DNA of 64,000 nucleotides from an uncultured Pseudomonadota bacterium (GCA_963843375.1 CAWJKT010000014.1:96001-160000); one strand, 5' to 3'. Shown: positions 1-10,627, counted from the first letter of the stretch. Numbers and translations are program-made. The notes: a model not told the origin generated them from the sequence alone.

Positions 1-2
1 GA

Positions 3-491
3 GAGAAAGAACCCTCCGATGAACCGGTTGATAACAATAACCAGGCCATTATTCTTTTGACTGATGGGGGGAATAATGCGGGTGCGGTAGATCCCTTGAC
101 TGCCGCTAAAATCGCGGCTAGCCGGGGAGTGAAAATCTATACGATTGGTATGGGAGCCAAGCATAGTGTCCCGGCCCTCTTTGAGTATCCCGATGGCCAT
201 TTGGCTCCGGCCATTGACCCCAGAACTGGACAAATCGCCATGAGTGATCCCGTCGACATGGCCCTTTTGACAGAAATTGCAAGAATCACCGGGGCAAAGG
301 CCTATGCCGCTACGGATAACCACGCCTTTCAGGCGATCTTGGATGAAATTGCTCGTTTAGAAAAAAGGGATGTTTCGGTCACAACCCACTGGGAATATAA
401 CGAACTTGCGTCTTATTTTTTATTAGCGGCTTTTTTGATCCTGTCGCTGGACATCGGGTTGGAAACAACGGTTCTCAGGACATTGCCCTAG
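3..491 (+). CDS. BatA-like vWA domain protein, C-terminal part (starts before window)
   Basis: Frame open from base 3; AIILLTDGGNNAG...AAKIA..GVKIYTIGMG, L.EIARITG motifs and C-terminal TM ending LRTLP typical of BatA. Confidence 0.85.
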   Translation, partial: EKEPSDEPVDNNNQAIILLTDGGNNAGAVDPLTAAKIAASRGVKIYTIGMGAKHSVPALFEYPDGHLAPAIDPRTGQIAMSDPVDMALLTEIARITGAKAYAATDNHAFQAILDEIARLEKRDVSVTTHWEYNELASYFLLAAFLILSLDIGLETTVLRTLP

Positions 492-583
492 AAAAACAGT
501 TATGGGTAAACCGAATGGGATAAGTTTCAAGACAGCGGTCCAAGGTCAGAGCAAACCGTTGAAAGTTGATTTTTGAGGTGAAA

Positions 584-1574
584 ATGCATATCGCGAATGA
601 CGACTGGTTACTGTACCTCGCTCCGCTTTTCCTGGTGTGGGCAGTGGCTACCTTTTATACCTTTTGGCGGGACAAGAGGGATTTAGACCTATTGGGAAAC
701 CATAACTTGGTTTTGGCCCCGGGGATTGTCTGGGTCCGGCGGATGGTAAAAGGGATTTTAATCCTCGCGGGTTTTTTCCTTATCTTTTTGGGGGCGGTGC
801 GTTTGCAGGGAAAACCGGTTCCTGGGGATTTGAACTTAAGGGGTATTGACGTCATGGTGGTTTTGGATGTTTCTAAAAGCATGCTCACCCAGGATATGGT
901 GCCCAATCGCCTGGAAGCCGCCAAAAAAGCAGTTCTCAATTGGCTTCAAAACGAGGACGGGGACAGGGTGGGAGTCGTTATTTTCGCGGGAGAAGCCCTG
1001 GTCCAGGTTCCTTTGACGATGGATTTGGAGGCTGTTTCCCTGGTGCTTTCAAAGGCGGATGTGGATTCTGTCGATCGGGGCGGCACGGATATTGGGGAAG
1101 GCATCAAGACCGCCTTGGCGGCTTTCGATAAGGACGACCAGACTAAACGTGGCAAGGCTATTTTGTTGATTACCGACGGGGAGACGACGGAAGGGGCCTC
1201 GGACGTGACCGAAGCTTGCCGTCATGGCCAAGGATAAAAATATCCCCGTATTAGCCGTGGGTATCGGAACGCCCCAAGGAAAGCCCATACCGGACGGGGT
1301 TTCATTTTGGGGAGAGTCCATTTATAAAAAAGATCATTCTGGAAACATCCATATAAGCCATCTGGATGAGGGCACTTTGAAAAAAATCGCGGGTCTTACC
1401 GATGGGGTTTTTGTCCAGGGTGACAATGATGAGGGTCTCGCGTCCATTAAGGATCATCTGAATCAATTGCAGAAAACGGAAATGAAGGGGAAGGGAACGA
1501 TGAGGCGGGAAGAACTGGCTCCCGCCCTGGCCGCTGGGTCAGCCTTCACTCTTTTGCTTTCGTTTCTTTTATAG
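584..1574 (+). CDS. BatB-like vWA membrane protein (one apparent frameshift at ~1216)
   Basis: LDVSKSM MIDAS motif, PNRLEAAK, GGTDIG, LLITDGE; removing one T at 1216-1217 gives DVTEAAVMAKDKNIPV and joins ORFs 566-1237 and 1224-1574. Confidence 0.8.
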
Positions 1575-1580
1575 GAGTTA

Positions 1581-2615
1581 ATGGTGTTTTTTCTGAAAAG
1601 GGATCATCAACGGAACCTGCCGCTTGGGATGGTTTTGGGCGCTGGGTTACTTCTAGTTCTTGGCGGACTTTCCCGGGTCCTGGCAGAGTCCCCGGGAGAA
1701 GAGGCCTATGACCAAAAGGATTATGAGGCGGCCGAAAAATACTATGGTGACAAGGCGCAATCCGGATCCGGCACCGCAACGGATGCCTATGACTGGGGAA
1801 ATGTCCTTTACCAGATGAAAAAATATGACGAATCTGAGAAGGCTTTCGGGATGGCCATCCAAAAAAAACCGAATTTGGAACAGGGATGGTACAACCTCGG
1901 AAATTCGGTTTTTCAACAGGAACGGTACCGAGATTCCATTTCGGATTATCAAAAGGCCTTGCAATTAAATCCCGATGATGAGGATGCCAAGTTTAATATG
2001 GCCCTGGCCGAAAAATTACTGAAGAAAAACCCCAAAAAGGACAAAAGCAAAACGCCCCCAAACCAGGATCAACAAAATGACAAAAAGAATCAACAGCAAA
2101 ACCAAAACCAGCAACAGAACCAACAACAAAGCCGGCAACAGAATCAAAAGCAAAACCAGCAACAAAACCAGCAGCCGAATCAGCAGCAAAGCCAACAACA
2201 AAATCAGCAGCAAAATCAGTCGTCCCCAAAAAATGAAACGCCTCAAAACCAACAGGGTCAAAATCCGGGTCAAAAAAGCAATCCTTCCGGCAATCCGAAC
2301 CCCCAACAGCAACCCTCGGACCAGAACCAGCAAAAACAAGCTAACGCCGCTTCACAGGAACGGCAGGAAGACCAAAAACGGCAGGAACAAGCGAAAAAAG
2401 AATTGAAACTCACTGATAAACAAATTAAAGATCTAATGGCCCAACTGCAGAAACAGGAGGAAAGTAGCCAGCAGTATTACTCGGCTAATCCGAAGAAGGA
2501 GCAGCAAGATCAGGATCCGATGTGGAATTTTATGCCAAAAGAACAGCAAGAATTCATGAGGCGTTTTATGGGACAGCCGTCCAAGGGGGATGACAAAGTT
2601 CCGGAGGATTGGTAA
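1581..2615 (+). CDS. BatC-like TPR protein with long Gln/Asn-rich linker
   Basis: TPRs (WYNLGN, YQKALQLNPDDEDAKFN), Q-rich tract, C-terminal EDW typical of BatC. Confidence 0.8.
   Translation: MVFFLKRDHQRNLPLGMVLGAGLLLVLGGLSRVLAESPGEEAYDQKDYEAAEKYYGDKAQSGSGTATDAYDWGNVLYQMKKYDESEKAFGMAIQKKPNLEQGWYNLGNSVFQQERYRDSISDYQKALQLNPDDEDAKFNMALAEKLLKKNPKKDKSKTPPNQDQQNDKKNQQQNQNQQQNQQQSRQQNQKQNQQQNQQPNQQQSQQQNQQQNQSSPKNETPQNQQGQNPGQKSNPSGNPNPQQQPSDQNQQKQANAASQERQEDQKRQEQAKKELKLTDKQIKDLMAQLQKQEESSQQYYSANPKKEQQDQDPMWNFMPKEQQEFMRRFMGQPSKGDDKVPEDW
2060..2400 (+). repeat. Low-complexity QQNQ-coding tandem repeats within BatC-like gene
   Basis: Repeated CAA/CAG/AAC codons encoding QQNQ units. Confidence 0.75.
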
Positions 2616-2680
2616 TGGCTTTGGTTTTAGGGTCGATTTTGGTATTTTGAGGGCCGTTTAAAACGGCAAAAGGTAAGAAA

Positions 2681-3658
2681 ATGAAAAAGAACTTCAGGAT
2701 GTTCGGCTTTTTCGCGGTGGCCTTTTGGGGGAGCCTCGGGGTGTCACCTGTCATGGCTCAACAACAGGGGGACACCATTGGCTTACGGATGGATGTGGAT
2801 AAACGTCAGGTGGAAGTGGGGGACCATTTGACGGTGAGCGTCGAGTTCAAGCAGGTTGGAATAGGCGGCAACTCCGCGACAGGAGAGCCCTCCATTTCAA
2901 CGCCCGAGCATTTCGAGATTCAGGGCCAATCCTCCTCGACACAAGTCACCATTATCAATCAGCAGGAAGCCATGGTTTCCACCACCCGCTTGAATCTGGT
3001 AGCCACCAAAGCCGGGGATGAAACCTTAGGACCGGCATTGTTGATCTACCAGGATCCGCAGGGTCAAAAACATGAAATAAAATCCAATGTGGTTTCCGTC
3101 ACCGTGGTTGAAAAAACGGGATTTTCCCTCTTTGGCAAGAAAAAGAGTGAACCCACCCCGACGCCCGAATCCACTCCTCAGGTAACGGATGAACCGCGGG
3201 ATTTGAAGCCCCTTTTGAACGATTCCCATTCGGGTCTTCGAGTGGCTTTTTGGATTTTAGTTGCGATTTTGGTGGCCGGATTTTTATGGTGGCATTTCCG
3301 CGACAAGAGTCCGGGGACCAGTTCTCCGATTGTTCCCCTTGGGAAGGCGGCCCAATTGAGGGATAGCTGGAAGAAGCTATCGAATGAGGACCTATCCTCG
3401 AAAGAGTTTTGCTTGGGTCTGTCGAGCTTGATCCGAGAATGTCTTCAATACCGATTCAACTTTTCGGCGATTGATTATACGACCGAGGAAATTCTTAAGG
3501 AATTGTCCAAGGCTAAGATTTCTGATGACGATAAAATTGCTGTGGAAAAGTGTCTTAAGACCTGCGATCGGGTACTTTACGCCGATGGTAACCTTACGGG
3601 CCGGGATAATCTGCGAACGCTGTGTTCGCCGCTTCTGCCAAAGGCGCCCAAATCATAA
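2681..3658 (+). CDS. BatD-like membrane protein
   Basis: Signal peptide, VDKRQVEVGD Ig-like BatD start, single TM, C-terminal TTEEIL...CDRVLYA helical domain; position in Bat cluster. Confidence 0.7.
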   Translation: MKKNFRMFGFFAVAFWGSLGVSPVMAQQQGDTIGLRMDVDKRQVEVGDHLTVSVEFKQVGIGGNSATGEPSISTPEHFEIQGQSSSTQVTIINQQEAMVSTTRLNLVATKAGDETLGPALLIYQDPQGQKHEIKSNVVSVTVVEKTGFSLFGKKKSEPTPTPESTPQVTDEPRDLKPLLNDSHSGLRVAFWILVAILVAGFLWWHFRDKSPGTSSPIVPLGKAAQLRDSWKKLSNEDLSSKEFCLGLSSLIRECLQYRFNFSAIDYTTEEILKELSKAKISDDDKIAVEKCLKTCDRVLYADGNLTGRDNLRTLCSPLLPKAPKS

Positions 3659-3703
3659 GTGGTTGTCTTCAGTCAATGACTAGAGGTTAAAAAGGAGAAA
3701 CAA

Positions 3704-4693
3704 ATGCCTACGCAAAACGAGGAATTGACACAAGAAGGTCAGCGGCTCAGTGAGCAGTTCGCGAAAGTCCGAGAAGAAGTTTCGAAAGTCATTGTTGGGC
3801 AGGATGGCCTTCTTGACCGCTTGCTGCTGGGGCTTTTGGCCCGGGGTCATTTGCTTTTAGAAGGTTTGCCCGGTTTGGCCAAAACCTTGGCCATTCGAAC
3901 GCTTTCCGAAGCCCTGGGCATATCCTTTAGCCGTATTCAATTCACTCCCGATCTTTTGCCGGCCGACCTTTTGGGGACAAGGATCTATATGCCCGCTAAG
4001 GGCGACTTCAAAACCCAAAAGGGGCCTGTTTTTGCTAATTTGGTTCTGGCGGATGAAATTAACCGAGCTCCCGCTAAAGTCCAATCGGCGCTTTTGGAAG
4101 CTATGCAGGAACACCAGGTAACCATTGGCCCTGATACCTTCAAACTGGAAGAGCCCTTTTTCGTGATGGCCACCCAAAATCCAATTGAACATGAAGGGAC
4201 CTATCCTCTTCCCGAAGCCCAAGTCGACCGATTTTTCATGAAAGTCCAGGTAACTTATCCCGAATTTGAGGATGAAAAAGAAATCATCACTCGCATGACC
4301 GGTGGGAGTGATATCAAAACTAAAGAAATTCTTTCCTCTCAAGCCATTCTCAAAGCCCAGAATATCGTGGATGGTATTTTCGTCAGCGAGCATCTGAAGG
4401 ATTACATCGTCCATTTGGTCACCGCCACTCGGAAACCCAAAGACTATCAATTGGATAAATTGACTTCTCTAATTGAGTATGGAGCCAGCCCCAGGGCTTC
4501 CATCGGCTTGACCGTCGCCGCTAAGGCCCACGCCTTTTTAAGTGGCCGGGGTTATGCCACTCCCGAGGATGTGAAAGCCTTGGCGCCGGATGTCATCCGC
4601 CACCGTTTGATTCTGACCTATGAAGCCGAAGCCCAGAACTTGAAGACCGATGATCTGATAGCCCAAATCCTCCAAAAAGTGCCGGTGCCTTGA
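3704..4693 (+). CDS. moxR: MoxR-family AAA+ ATPase
   Basis: GLPGLAKT Walker A, RIQFTPDLLP, LADEINRAPAKVQSALLEAM, YGASPR; RBS AGGAG. Confidence 0.95.
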   Translation: MPTQNEELTQEGQRLSEQFAKVREEVSKVIVGQDGLLDRLLLGLLARGHLLLEGLPGLAKTLAIRTLSEALGISFSRIQFTPDLLPADLLGTRIYMPAKGDFKTQKGPVFANLVLADEINRAPAKVQSALLEAMQEHQVTIGPDTFKLEEPFFVMATQNPIEHEGTYPLPEAQVDRFFMKVQVTYPEFEDEKEIITRMTGGSDIKTKEILSSQAILKAQNIVDGIFVSEHLKDYIVHLVTATRKPKDYQLDKLTSLIEYGASPRASIGLTVAAKAHAFLSGRGYATPEDVKALAPDVIRHRLILTYEAEAQNLKTDDLIAQILQKVPVP

Positions 4694-4758
4694 AAACCGG
4701 CCTGAAGGTAAGGGTTTGCGCTACTCCCTCAAAGGTTTTTGAAAAAAAAACGTCAACC

Positions 4759-5718
4759 ATGGGGCGCCAACTGCGAAATTGTTTTTGGGTTTTGGTTTTG
4801 GTACTTTCGGCTGGCTGCAGGACAAAGTCCCAGTTCGTTGGAAATACCCTGCCGCTTCCACCTGCCGCCGACAGCGGGGTTTATGACGGTCAATTCATTC
4901 AAACGGATTATGGATTCGCATTTCCCCTGCCGCCCAAGTTGAATTGGTTGAAGCTCTCCGCGGAACAGGAAGTGGACGAAGTGGCCCGTTTTTTTGACAG
5001 TACGCAAGATATTCTTGTGCGGGTTACAGTCCAAGTTCTAGGGGATTCCCAATCCCTATCCAAGAAGGGATGGGAGGAGTCCGCCCAGCAGGATTTGAAA
5101 AACCACCTGTATAAAATTCAAAAAATGGATTCTGCCCAAGAGTGGAAAACGGAGGATTCGAATCCTTGGATCGAGGTTCCCTTTCTTCTTGCCGATTCCA
5201 GGGGCGGCTTATGGAGCGATCAAGAGTGGGCTTTGAACAAAGGTGACCTTTTGATCGGCGTGCACGCCATGATGCCTCAAAAGACTGCGGAGTCGGATGC
5301 CGGTAAAAAACTTTTCAAGAATTTGCCCGGAGTTTTATCCCAAATCCATTGGTATATGCCCATCGGATCCCGGGGCATTTCCATTGACCGGTTTGAATTG
5401 GGGAAATTCACTGAAGAATTCCAAAACGCTTTAAAAAGCCGCTCCGCATCAAGGGTTAGCGCCTATTTTGACGATATGTACCCGGACCGGGCCAAATGGG
5501 ATAGTTGGTATCAACAGGCGGTTTCCGGCGATCCCAAAACGTTCGAGCTTAAAGCCGACCTTTCAGGATTGGTGATCAACGGGGATTATGCCACCGCCTC
5601 CTTTATACTGACCCGCAAAGATTCGAATGATGCCCGTTCGGGCAAGTTCGAGAGGAGTTTTAAGCTTTCCAAGAAAGAAGGGGCCTGGAAGATCACGGCT
5701 TCACTGGACAAGAATTAA
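4759..5718 (+). CDS. Hypothetical lipoprotein, possibly with C-terminal NTF2-like domain
   Basis: Lipobox LSAGC after hydrophobic stretch; C-terminal GDYATA...LSKKEGAWKI pattern; start could be 4690. Confidence 0.6.
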   Translation: MGRQLRNCFWVLVLVLSAGCRTKSQFVGNTLPLPPAADSGVYDGQFIQTDYGFAFPLPPKLNWLKLSAEQEVDEVARFFDSTQDILVRVTVQVLGDSQSLSKKGWEESAQQDLKNHLYKIQKMDSAQEWKTEDSNPWIEVPFLLADSRGGLWSDQEWALNKGDLLIGVHAMMPQKTAESDAGKKLFKNLPGVLSQIHWYMPIGSRGISIDRFELGKFTEEFQNALKSRSASRVSAYFDDMYPDRAKWDSWYQQAVSGDPKTFELKADLSGLVINGDYATASFILTRKDSNDARSGKFERSFKLSKKEGAWKITASLDKN

Positions 5719-5733
5719 CACCAAGGGGGAAGT

Positions 5734-6606
5734 ATGCGCAGCATGACCGGTTTCGGACGCGGTGTCGGACAAAATAAATCCGTCCATGTAGTTGCTGAAA
5801 TTAAAACGGTCAATCACAAATATCATGATTTAGCCGTGAAATTGCCTTCCGCCTACCAATCGTTGGAATCGGAAGTCCGGGATCAGATCCTGGCTTCGGT
5901 TACCCGCGGAAAAGTTGATTTTTTCCTGAAGGATCTTTCGCCCGCCCGCCCCAAAACGGTCCAGGTGAACGACCCTCTCATTACGGAATACTTAAAGGCT
6001 GCGAAAAAAACCGCCGGTCATTTCAAGTTGAAGGGTGAACTTTCGATTGAAACCATTCTTAAAATGCCTGATGTGCTTTCCGTGGAAGAGGAAGAGCGTT
6101 CGGAAGCCGACCAGAAGAAAGCGGTGAATGAGGCGCTCCTGGAGGCATTAAAGGCTTTGGAAAAAATGCGACAATCTGAAGGAATGCGTCTGGGCAAGGA
6201 CATGCTGGAGCGTTCCCGGGACATCACTGCGGTTGTCCAACAACTCCGCCAGCGCCATAAAACCATCATGGCTGAAAAATTGAAGGCTTTCCGGGAAAAA
6301 ATCGCCGAATTCCTACCCGAACCTCTCCAGGACCAAATGCGACTTTCCACCGAAGAAAGCGTCATGATCCAGAGGCATGATATCGCGGAAGAATTAACCC
6401 GGCTGGAAAGCCATTTGGAGGCTCTCCAGGAAACCTTAAAAGAAAAGAACAGCGTGGGTCGAAAGCTGGACTTCCTGATCCAGGAAATGAATCGGGAAGC
6501 AAATACGGTCGGTTCCAAGTCCGCCGACTCCAAGATGGCCCAAAACGTGGTCCGGTTGAAGGAGTTGCTTGAGCAGCTCCGTGAACAAATCCAAAATATT
6601 GAATAG
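5734..6606 (+). CDS. yicC: YicC/YloC family endoribonuclease
   Basis: MRSMTGFG, EIKTVNH, GRKLDFLIQEMNREANT, REQIQNIE; conserved position before gmk. Confidence 0.95.
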   Translation: MRSMTGFGRGVGQNKSVHVVAEIKTVNHKYHDLAVKLPSAYQSLESEVRDQILASVTRGKVDFFLKDLSPARPKTVQVNDPLITEYLKAAKKTAGHFKLKGELSIETILKMPDVLSVEEEERSEADQKKAVNEALLEALKALEKMRQSEGMRLGKDMLERSRDITAVVQQLRQRHKTIMAEKLKAFREKIAEFLPEPLQDQMRLSTEESVMIQRHDIAEELTRLESHLEALQETLKEKNSVGRKLDFLIQEMNREANTVGSKSADSKMAQNVVRLKELLEQLREQIQNIE

Positions 6607-6628
6607 CGACGGACCGGCACAGGTCGAC

Positions 6629-7210
6629 ATGAATAAACACAATCATAAAAAAGGCCTTTTGATCGTCTTGTCTTCGCCCTCGGGCGGAGGAAAAACGACA
6701 ATCGCGGAGCGTCTTTTGAAACGTGACAAGAACATTATCCGGTCCGTCTCCTGCACCACCCGAAAGCCCCGCTCGGGAGAAAAGAGCGGTCGCGATTATT
6801 TTTTCGTCACCCCCGCCCGTTTTAAGGCCATGGCTGGAAAAAACCAATTCCTTGAGTGGGCCCGGGTGCACCAAAACTTTTATGGCACGCCCCGTCACTG
6901 GGTCGAAGGACAACTTGAAAAGGGAATGGATGTTTTGTTCGTCATTGATGTCCAGGGTGGTAAATCCATTAAAAGAGGGGAACCGGGGGCCCTGTTGATT
7001 TTCTTGAAACCACCATCCTTCAGCGTCCTCAAAAAGCGTCTTTTAGAGCGTCAAAGCGAGGATGAAGCCGGGTTGAAGGTCCGTCTTAAAGACGCCAAAT
7101 GGGAATTAGCTCAAAGCCGGTATTATGACTATCAAGTCGTGAATGACCGTTTAGCCACGGCGGTTTCGGATGTTTTGAAAATTATCAGGAAAAGACGGGA
7201 AACCCTGTAA
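6629..7210 (+). CDS. gmk: Guanylate kinase
   Basis: SSPSGGGKTT, SCTTRKPR, DYFF, FLEWA, NFYGT, IDVQG. Confidence 0.95.
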   Translation: MNKHNHKKGLLIVLSSPSGGGKTTIAERLLKRDKNIIRSVSCTTRKPRSGEKSGRDYFFVTPARFKAMAGKNQFLEWARVHQNFYGTPRHWVEGQLEKGMDVLFVIDVQGGKSIKRGEPGALLIFLKPPSFSVLKKRLLERQSEDEAGLKVRLKDAKWELAQSRYYDYQVVNDRLATAVSDVLKIIRKRRETL

Positions 7211-7293
7211 AATATTCCTGTTTTGCCGTTACGCTTTTGGGCGGTTTTGAGTATAATCCAGCCTCTTTGAATCGATCTGAATGAGGAGTTGTC

Positions 7294-7524
7294 ATGACTG
7301 AAGAGAAAAAGCCCCAAACAATGGAATCCATTGATAACAAATATATGTCCGTTTTGGCGGCTTCCAAAAGGGCCCGTCAATTATTGGACCGGGCTGAAAA
7401 GCATAATCTGACCGTGGATACCGAAAAGGTGATTCTCCAGGCTTTGAACGAGTTCATGAGCGGCAAAGTCACTTATACCAATCACCCAGTTCCCCCCAAG
7501 AAGAGAAGAAAAGAAGAAGACTAA
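7294..7524 (+). CDS. rpoZ: RNA polymerase omega subunit
   Basis: NKY..V..ASKRARQL motif, between gmk and coaBC, RBS GAGGAG. Confidence 0.85.
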   Translation: MTEEKKPQTMESIDNKYMSVLAASKRARQLLDRAEKHNLTVDTEKVILQALNEFMSGKVTYTNHPVPPKKRRKEED

Positions 7525-7583
7525 TTAGTTAGTCCTCGGCTGTCATTCTTTGGTTGTCGGCTAGGACCAACAGCTGAGGTTCG

Positions 7584-8810
7584 ATGAATTCGTTCCGCCC
7601 CAAACCCCGAGTTCTTTTAGGTGTTACCGGAAGCATTGCCGCTTATAAAGCCGTTTCCTTAATCCGATTCCTTAAAAAGTTTTCCGAGGTCAAGGTAGTT
7701 TTGACTTCCGCAGGCTCCCATCTCGTGGCTGAAAAACCCTTGGCCAAAGCCTCCGGTTCGCCCGTTTGGACCAGCTTGTTTAAGGGCTCAAAGCCGATAC
7801 CTCCAGGAACACCCAGCGGGAGCCACCCCTTGGCGTTCGTCCCCCACATTGAATACGCCAAAGGCGCGGATTTGGTTTTGATCGCGCCGGCCTCGGCCGA
7901 TATCCTTTCCAAACTCGCAATGGGAATTGCGGACGATCTGCTTTCGACTTTGTGTCTTTACGCTATCTGCCCCCTTTGGGTCGCGCCCGCCATGAACGTG
8001 AAGATGTGGAACCACCCGGCAGTTGTCCAAAATCGGAAAATATTGAGCGGCCGTGGAATCCGTTTTCTGGGACCGGAGAGCGGCCATTTGGCTTGCGGGG
8101 AAGTGGGGGACGGCCGCTTCGCCGAACCGGCGGAGATTTCCTTTCAGGTGGAAAGTTATTTCCGGAATTTCGGGGTTTGGCGCGGAAAAACCGTTTTGGT
8201 CACCGCCGGGCCCACCCAAGAACCCATTGACCCAGTTCGGATGATTACCAATCATTCCAGCGGCAAAATGGGTTATGCCTTAGCCCAAGCCGCTTTGAAC
8301 CGGGGCGCGGAGGTCATCCTGATTACTGGGCCCACGAAAATTATTCCCCCGCCCGCCGGAAAAGTCATTGGAGTTGAGACAGCCAAGGAAATGCATCGTC
8401 AGGTTTTAAAATTCATGGGGCGTGCCGATGTGATTGTCATGGCCGCTGCCGTCGCTGATTACCGGGTTAAAACCGTATCTAAAACCAAGATCAAGAAAAA
8501 CAAAAAAGAATTGGCCATTCTGCTTGAAAAAAACCCCGATATATTAAGGGACGTCCTGAAAAGAAAAAAAACCTCTCAGGTTGTTTTGGGTTTCGCGGCC
8601 GAAACGGACCATCTCGAAAAGAACGCATTGGCGAAATGGAAGGAAAAACCATGTGACCTGTTGGTGGCTAATCAGGTAGGAAAAGTCGGTGTCGGATTTG
8701 ATGGTGACCAAAATGAACTGCTGGTTTTTAAAAAAAATCTTAAAAAACCCATCTTCTTTTCGAGAGACTTTAAAAGCCGTTTAGCGGAAAAGTTATTGGA
8801 TTTAGTTTAA
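7584..8810 (+). CDS. coaBC: Phosphopantothenoylcysteine decarboxylase/ligase
   Basis: GVTGSIAAYK, APAMN..MW, LACGEVGDGR, TAGPTQEPIDPVR..NHSSGKMG, GFAAET. Confidence 0.95.
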   Translation: MNSFRPKPRVLLGVTGSIAAYKAVSLIRFLKKFSEVKVVLTSAGSHLVAEKPLAKASGSPVWTSLFKGSKPIPPGTPSGSHPLAFVPHIEYAKGADLVLIAPASADILSKLAMGIADDLLSTLCLYAICPLWVAPAMNVKMWNHPAVVQNRKILSGRGIRFLGPESGHLACGEVGDGRFAEPAEISFQVESYFRNFGVWRGKTVLVTAGPTQEPIDPVRMITNHSSGKMGYALAQAALNRGAEVILITGPTKIIPPPAGKVIGVETAKEMHRQVLKFMGRADVIVMAAAVADYRVKTVSKTKIKKNKKELAILLEKNPDILRDVLKRKKTSQVVLGFAAETDHLEKNALAKWKEKPCDLLVANQVGKVGVGFDGDQNELLVFKKNLKKPIFFSRDFKSRLAEKLLDLV

Positions 8811-8848
8811 ACGAATATACCTGGAACTATATTAAGAGGCTTAAACGA

Positions 8849-10627
8849 ATGCGCCTGAAAAAAATGATTCTTCTATTGCTTTTGATCTTTTGTGGGTTTG
8901 TTTTCCCGGCTTCGGCAAAAGTCCCGAGTCTTTCCGGTAAGGAAGTCTTTGTTCCGGGTGAAATCATCGTCCGATTTAAAGAGGGCGTTTCCCCTGATGA
9001 TCGGGGCAAGGCTCTCTCTGCCATGGGAGCTGCCCGCGCCTTAAACCATCCTAATTTTTATAAGATCAAGTTAAAACCGGGCATGGATGTGCGAAACGCA
9101 GTCGATCAAATGGGGAAGGATCCATCGGTTCAATATGCCCAACCCAATTACCGATATTATGCCTTAGGGTCGGTTTGTACATTGCCCGGGGATGTTTATG
9201 ACGAGGGTTATACGACGGTGGCGAGTTGGCCCTTCCTCAAGATCCAGATGGATAAGGCCGTCACGGTTTTTGACGGTTGGACTACTTGCCCGCCAAACGG
9301 GAGCGCTTCTGTGACGGTGGCGGTTCTTGATTCAGGAATTTCGCGCAATCATCCCGATCTGAAACAGGTGCCTTTGATTGGTTATAACGCCATATGTGAT
9401 GTTCAGGAAGAGGATGCTTCGTGCGTTTGCAACGCTCAAGTTACCGATGGAGCCGGTGTAACGGCCAGTATGGATGATTTTGGACACGGGACTTATGTTT
9501 CGGGAATTGTTGGAGCGGTATGGAACGCTACCACGCCCAATACTGAAACGGGTTCCTGTAATTTCAGTATTACTTCAGGTGTTGCAGGCGTGGCGCCTGG
9601 TAGCATCTTGCTGGCCGTAAAGGTTTTGGACTGCACCGGGTCTGGTACCACCGACAGCATTGTCTCCGGCACCGATTATGCCGTTGCCCACGGGGCGAAG
9701 GTTTTGAATTTTTCCCTTGGATCCAGTCCGTCCGGAGGGCTTGATCCTGCCGAACAAGAGGCCTTGGACAACGCTTTGGCCAACGGGTGCGTAATTGTGG
9801 CGGCCGCGGGCAATGAATCCAACCTCCCCCAGACCCTCGCTCCGCTCGATTATCCTGCGGCCTATCCGCCCGTGGTTTCTGTCGGGGCGACCGACCCTAG
9901 TGACCAGGTTGCCTTTTATTCCAATGGCGGGCCTAATTTGGAACTAGTGGCACCTGGAGGCTTTGGCACCGGAGTTTACCAGCCCGCTCTTGACGTATTC
10001 AGTTCGTTTCTTTGTCCGCTTTCCTCTGCGGCGATATCAGAGGGTGGATTTTCGGCTTTGACCAGTGATTCGAATTTTGGCACGGCTGCCGGGACGTCCG
10101 CCGCAACTCCATTTGTCTCCGCAACTGCGGCATTGATCTTTTCCCTCTACCCCAACCTCACTAATACCCAAGTCGTTCAAGCCATCATCAATAACACCGA
10201 CAGTTTGGATGGAAATACCGGGTGGAATTCTAAAACCGGTTATGGGCGGCTTAATGTTTATCAAGCGCTTCTGAACGCCGGGAACGGCGGGGGACAAATT
10301 ACGGATTATATCCAGACCTTCAACAGCCCCAATCCTTTTTATACCGAACTTACAGGGACGACCAATATCACCCTGGCCATTTCTCAGCCCGCGCCTGTGG
10401 AATTGACCATTTATGATTCCTCGGGGGAATTGGTTTTTCATCATAATTACAATGCTTCCGAACTTAATAACAATCCATCCAATCCGCAATTCAAGTCTTA
10501 TTACATACCCTGGGATGGACGTAACGGCTCGGGGCAACAGGTTGTTACCGGAATTTATTTTTACAGTGTGAAGGTGAACGGCCAAGCCGGGAGAAACAAG
10601 ATCGCCCTTATCCAGGGAACGAAATGA
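8849..10627 (+). CDS. Secreted S8 subtilisin-like peptidase with FlgD-Ig/T9SS-like CTD
   Basis: Signal peptide, prodomain, triad VAVLDSG / GHGT / GTSAATP, AAAGNE; CTD SPNPF...WDGRN...GIYFY. Confidence 0.9.
   Translation: MRLKKMILLLLLIFCGFVFPASAKVPSLSGKEVFVPGEIIVRFKEGVSPDDRGKALSAMGAARALNHPNFYKIKLKPGMDVRNAVDQMGKDPSVQYAQPNYRYYALGSVCTLPGDVYDEGYTTVASWPFLKIQMDKAVTVFDGWTTCPPNGSASVTVAVLDSGISRNHPDLKQVPLIGYNAICDVQEEDASCVCNAQVTDGAGVTASMDDFGHGTYVSGIVGAVWNATTPNTETGSCNFSITSGVAGVAPGSILLAVKVLDCTGSGTTDSIVSGTDYAVAHGAKVLNFSLGSSPSGGLDPAEQEALDNALANGCVIVAAAGNESNLPQTLAPLDYPAAYPPVVSVGATDPSDQVAFYSNGGPNLELVAPGGFGTGVYQPALDVFSSFLCPLSSAAISEGGFSALTSDSNFGTAAGTSAATPFVSATAALIFSLYPNLTNTQVVQAIINNTDSLDGNTGWNSKTGYGRLNVYQALLNAGNGGGQITDYIQTFNSPNPFYTELTGTTNITLAISQPAPVELTIYDSSGELVFHHNYNASELNNNPSNPQFKSYYIPWDGRNGSGQQVVTGIYFYSVKVNGQAGRNKIALIQGTK

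Noticed and set aside
1993..2406. Leu-rich antisense and alternative-frame ORFs (also Val-rich antisense ORFs over Thr tracts elsewhere)
   Set aside because: Shadows of low-complexity coding repeats
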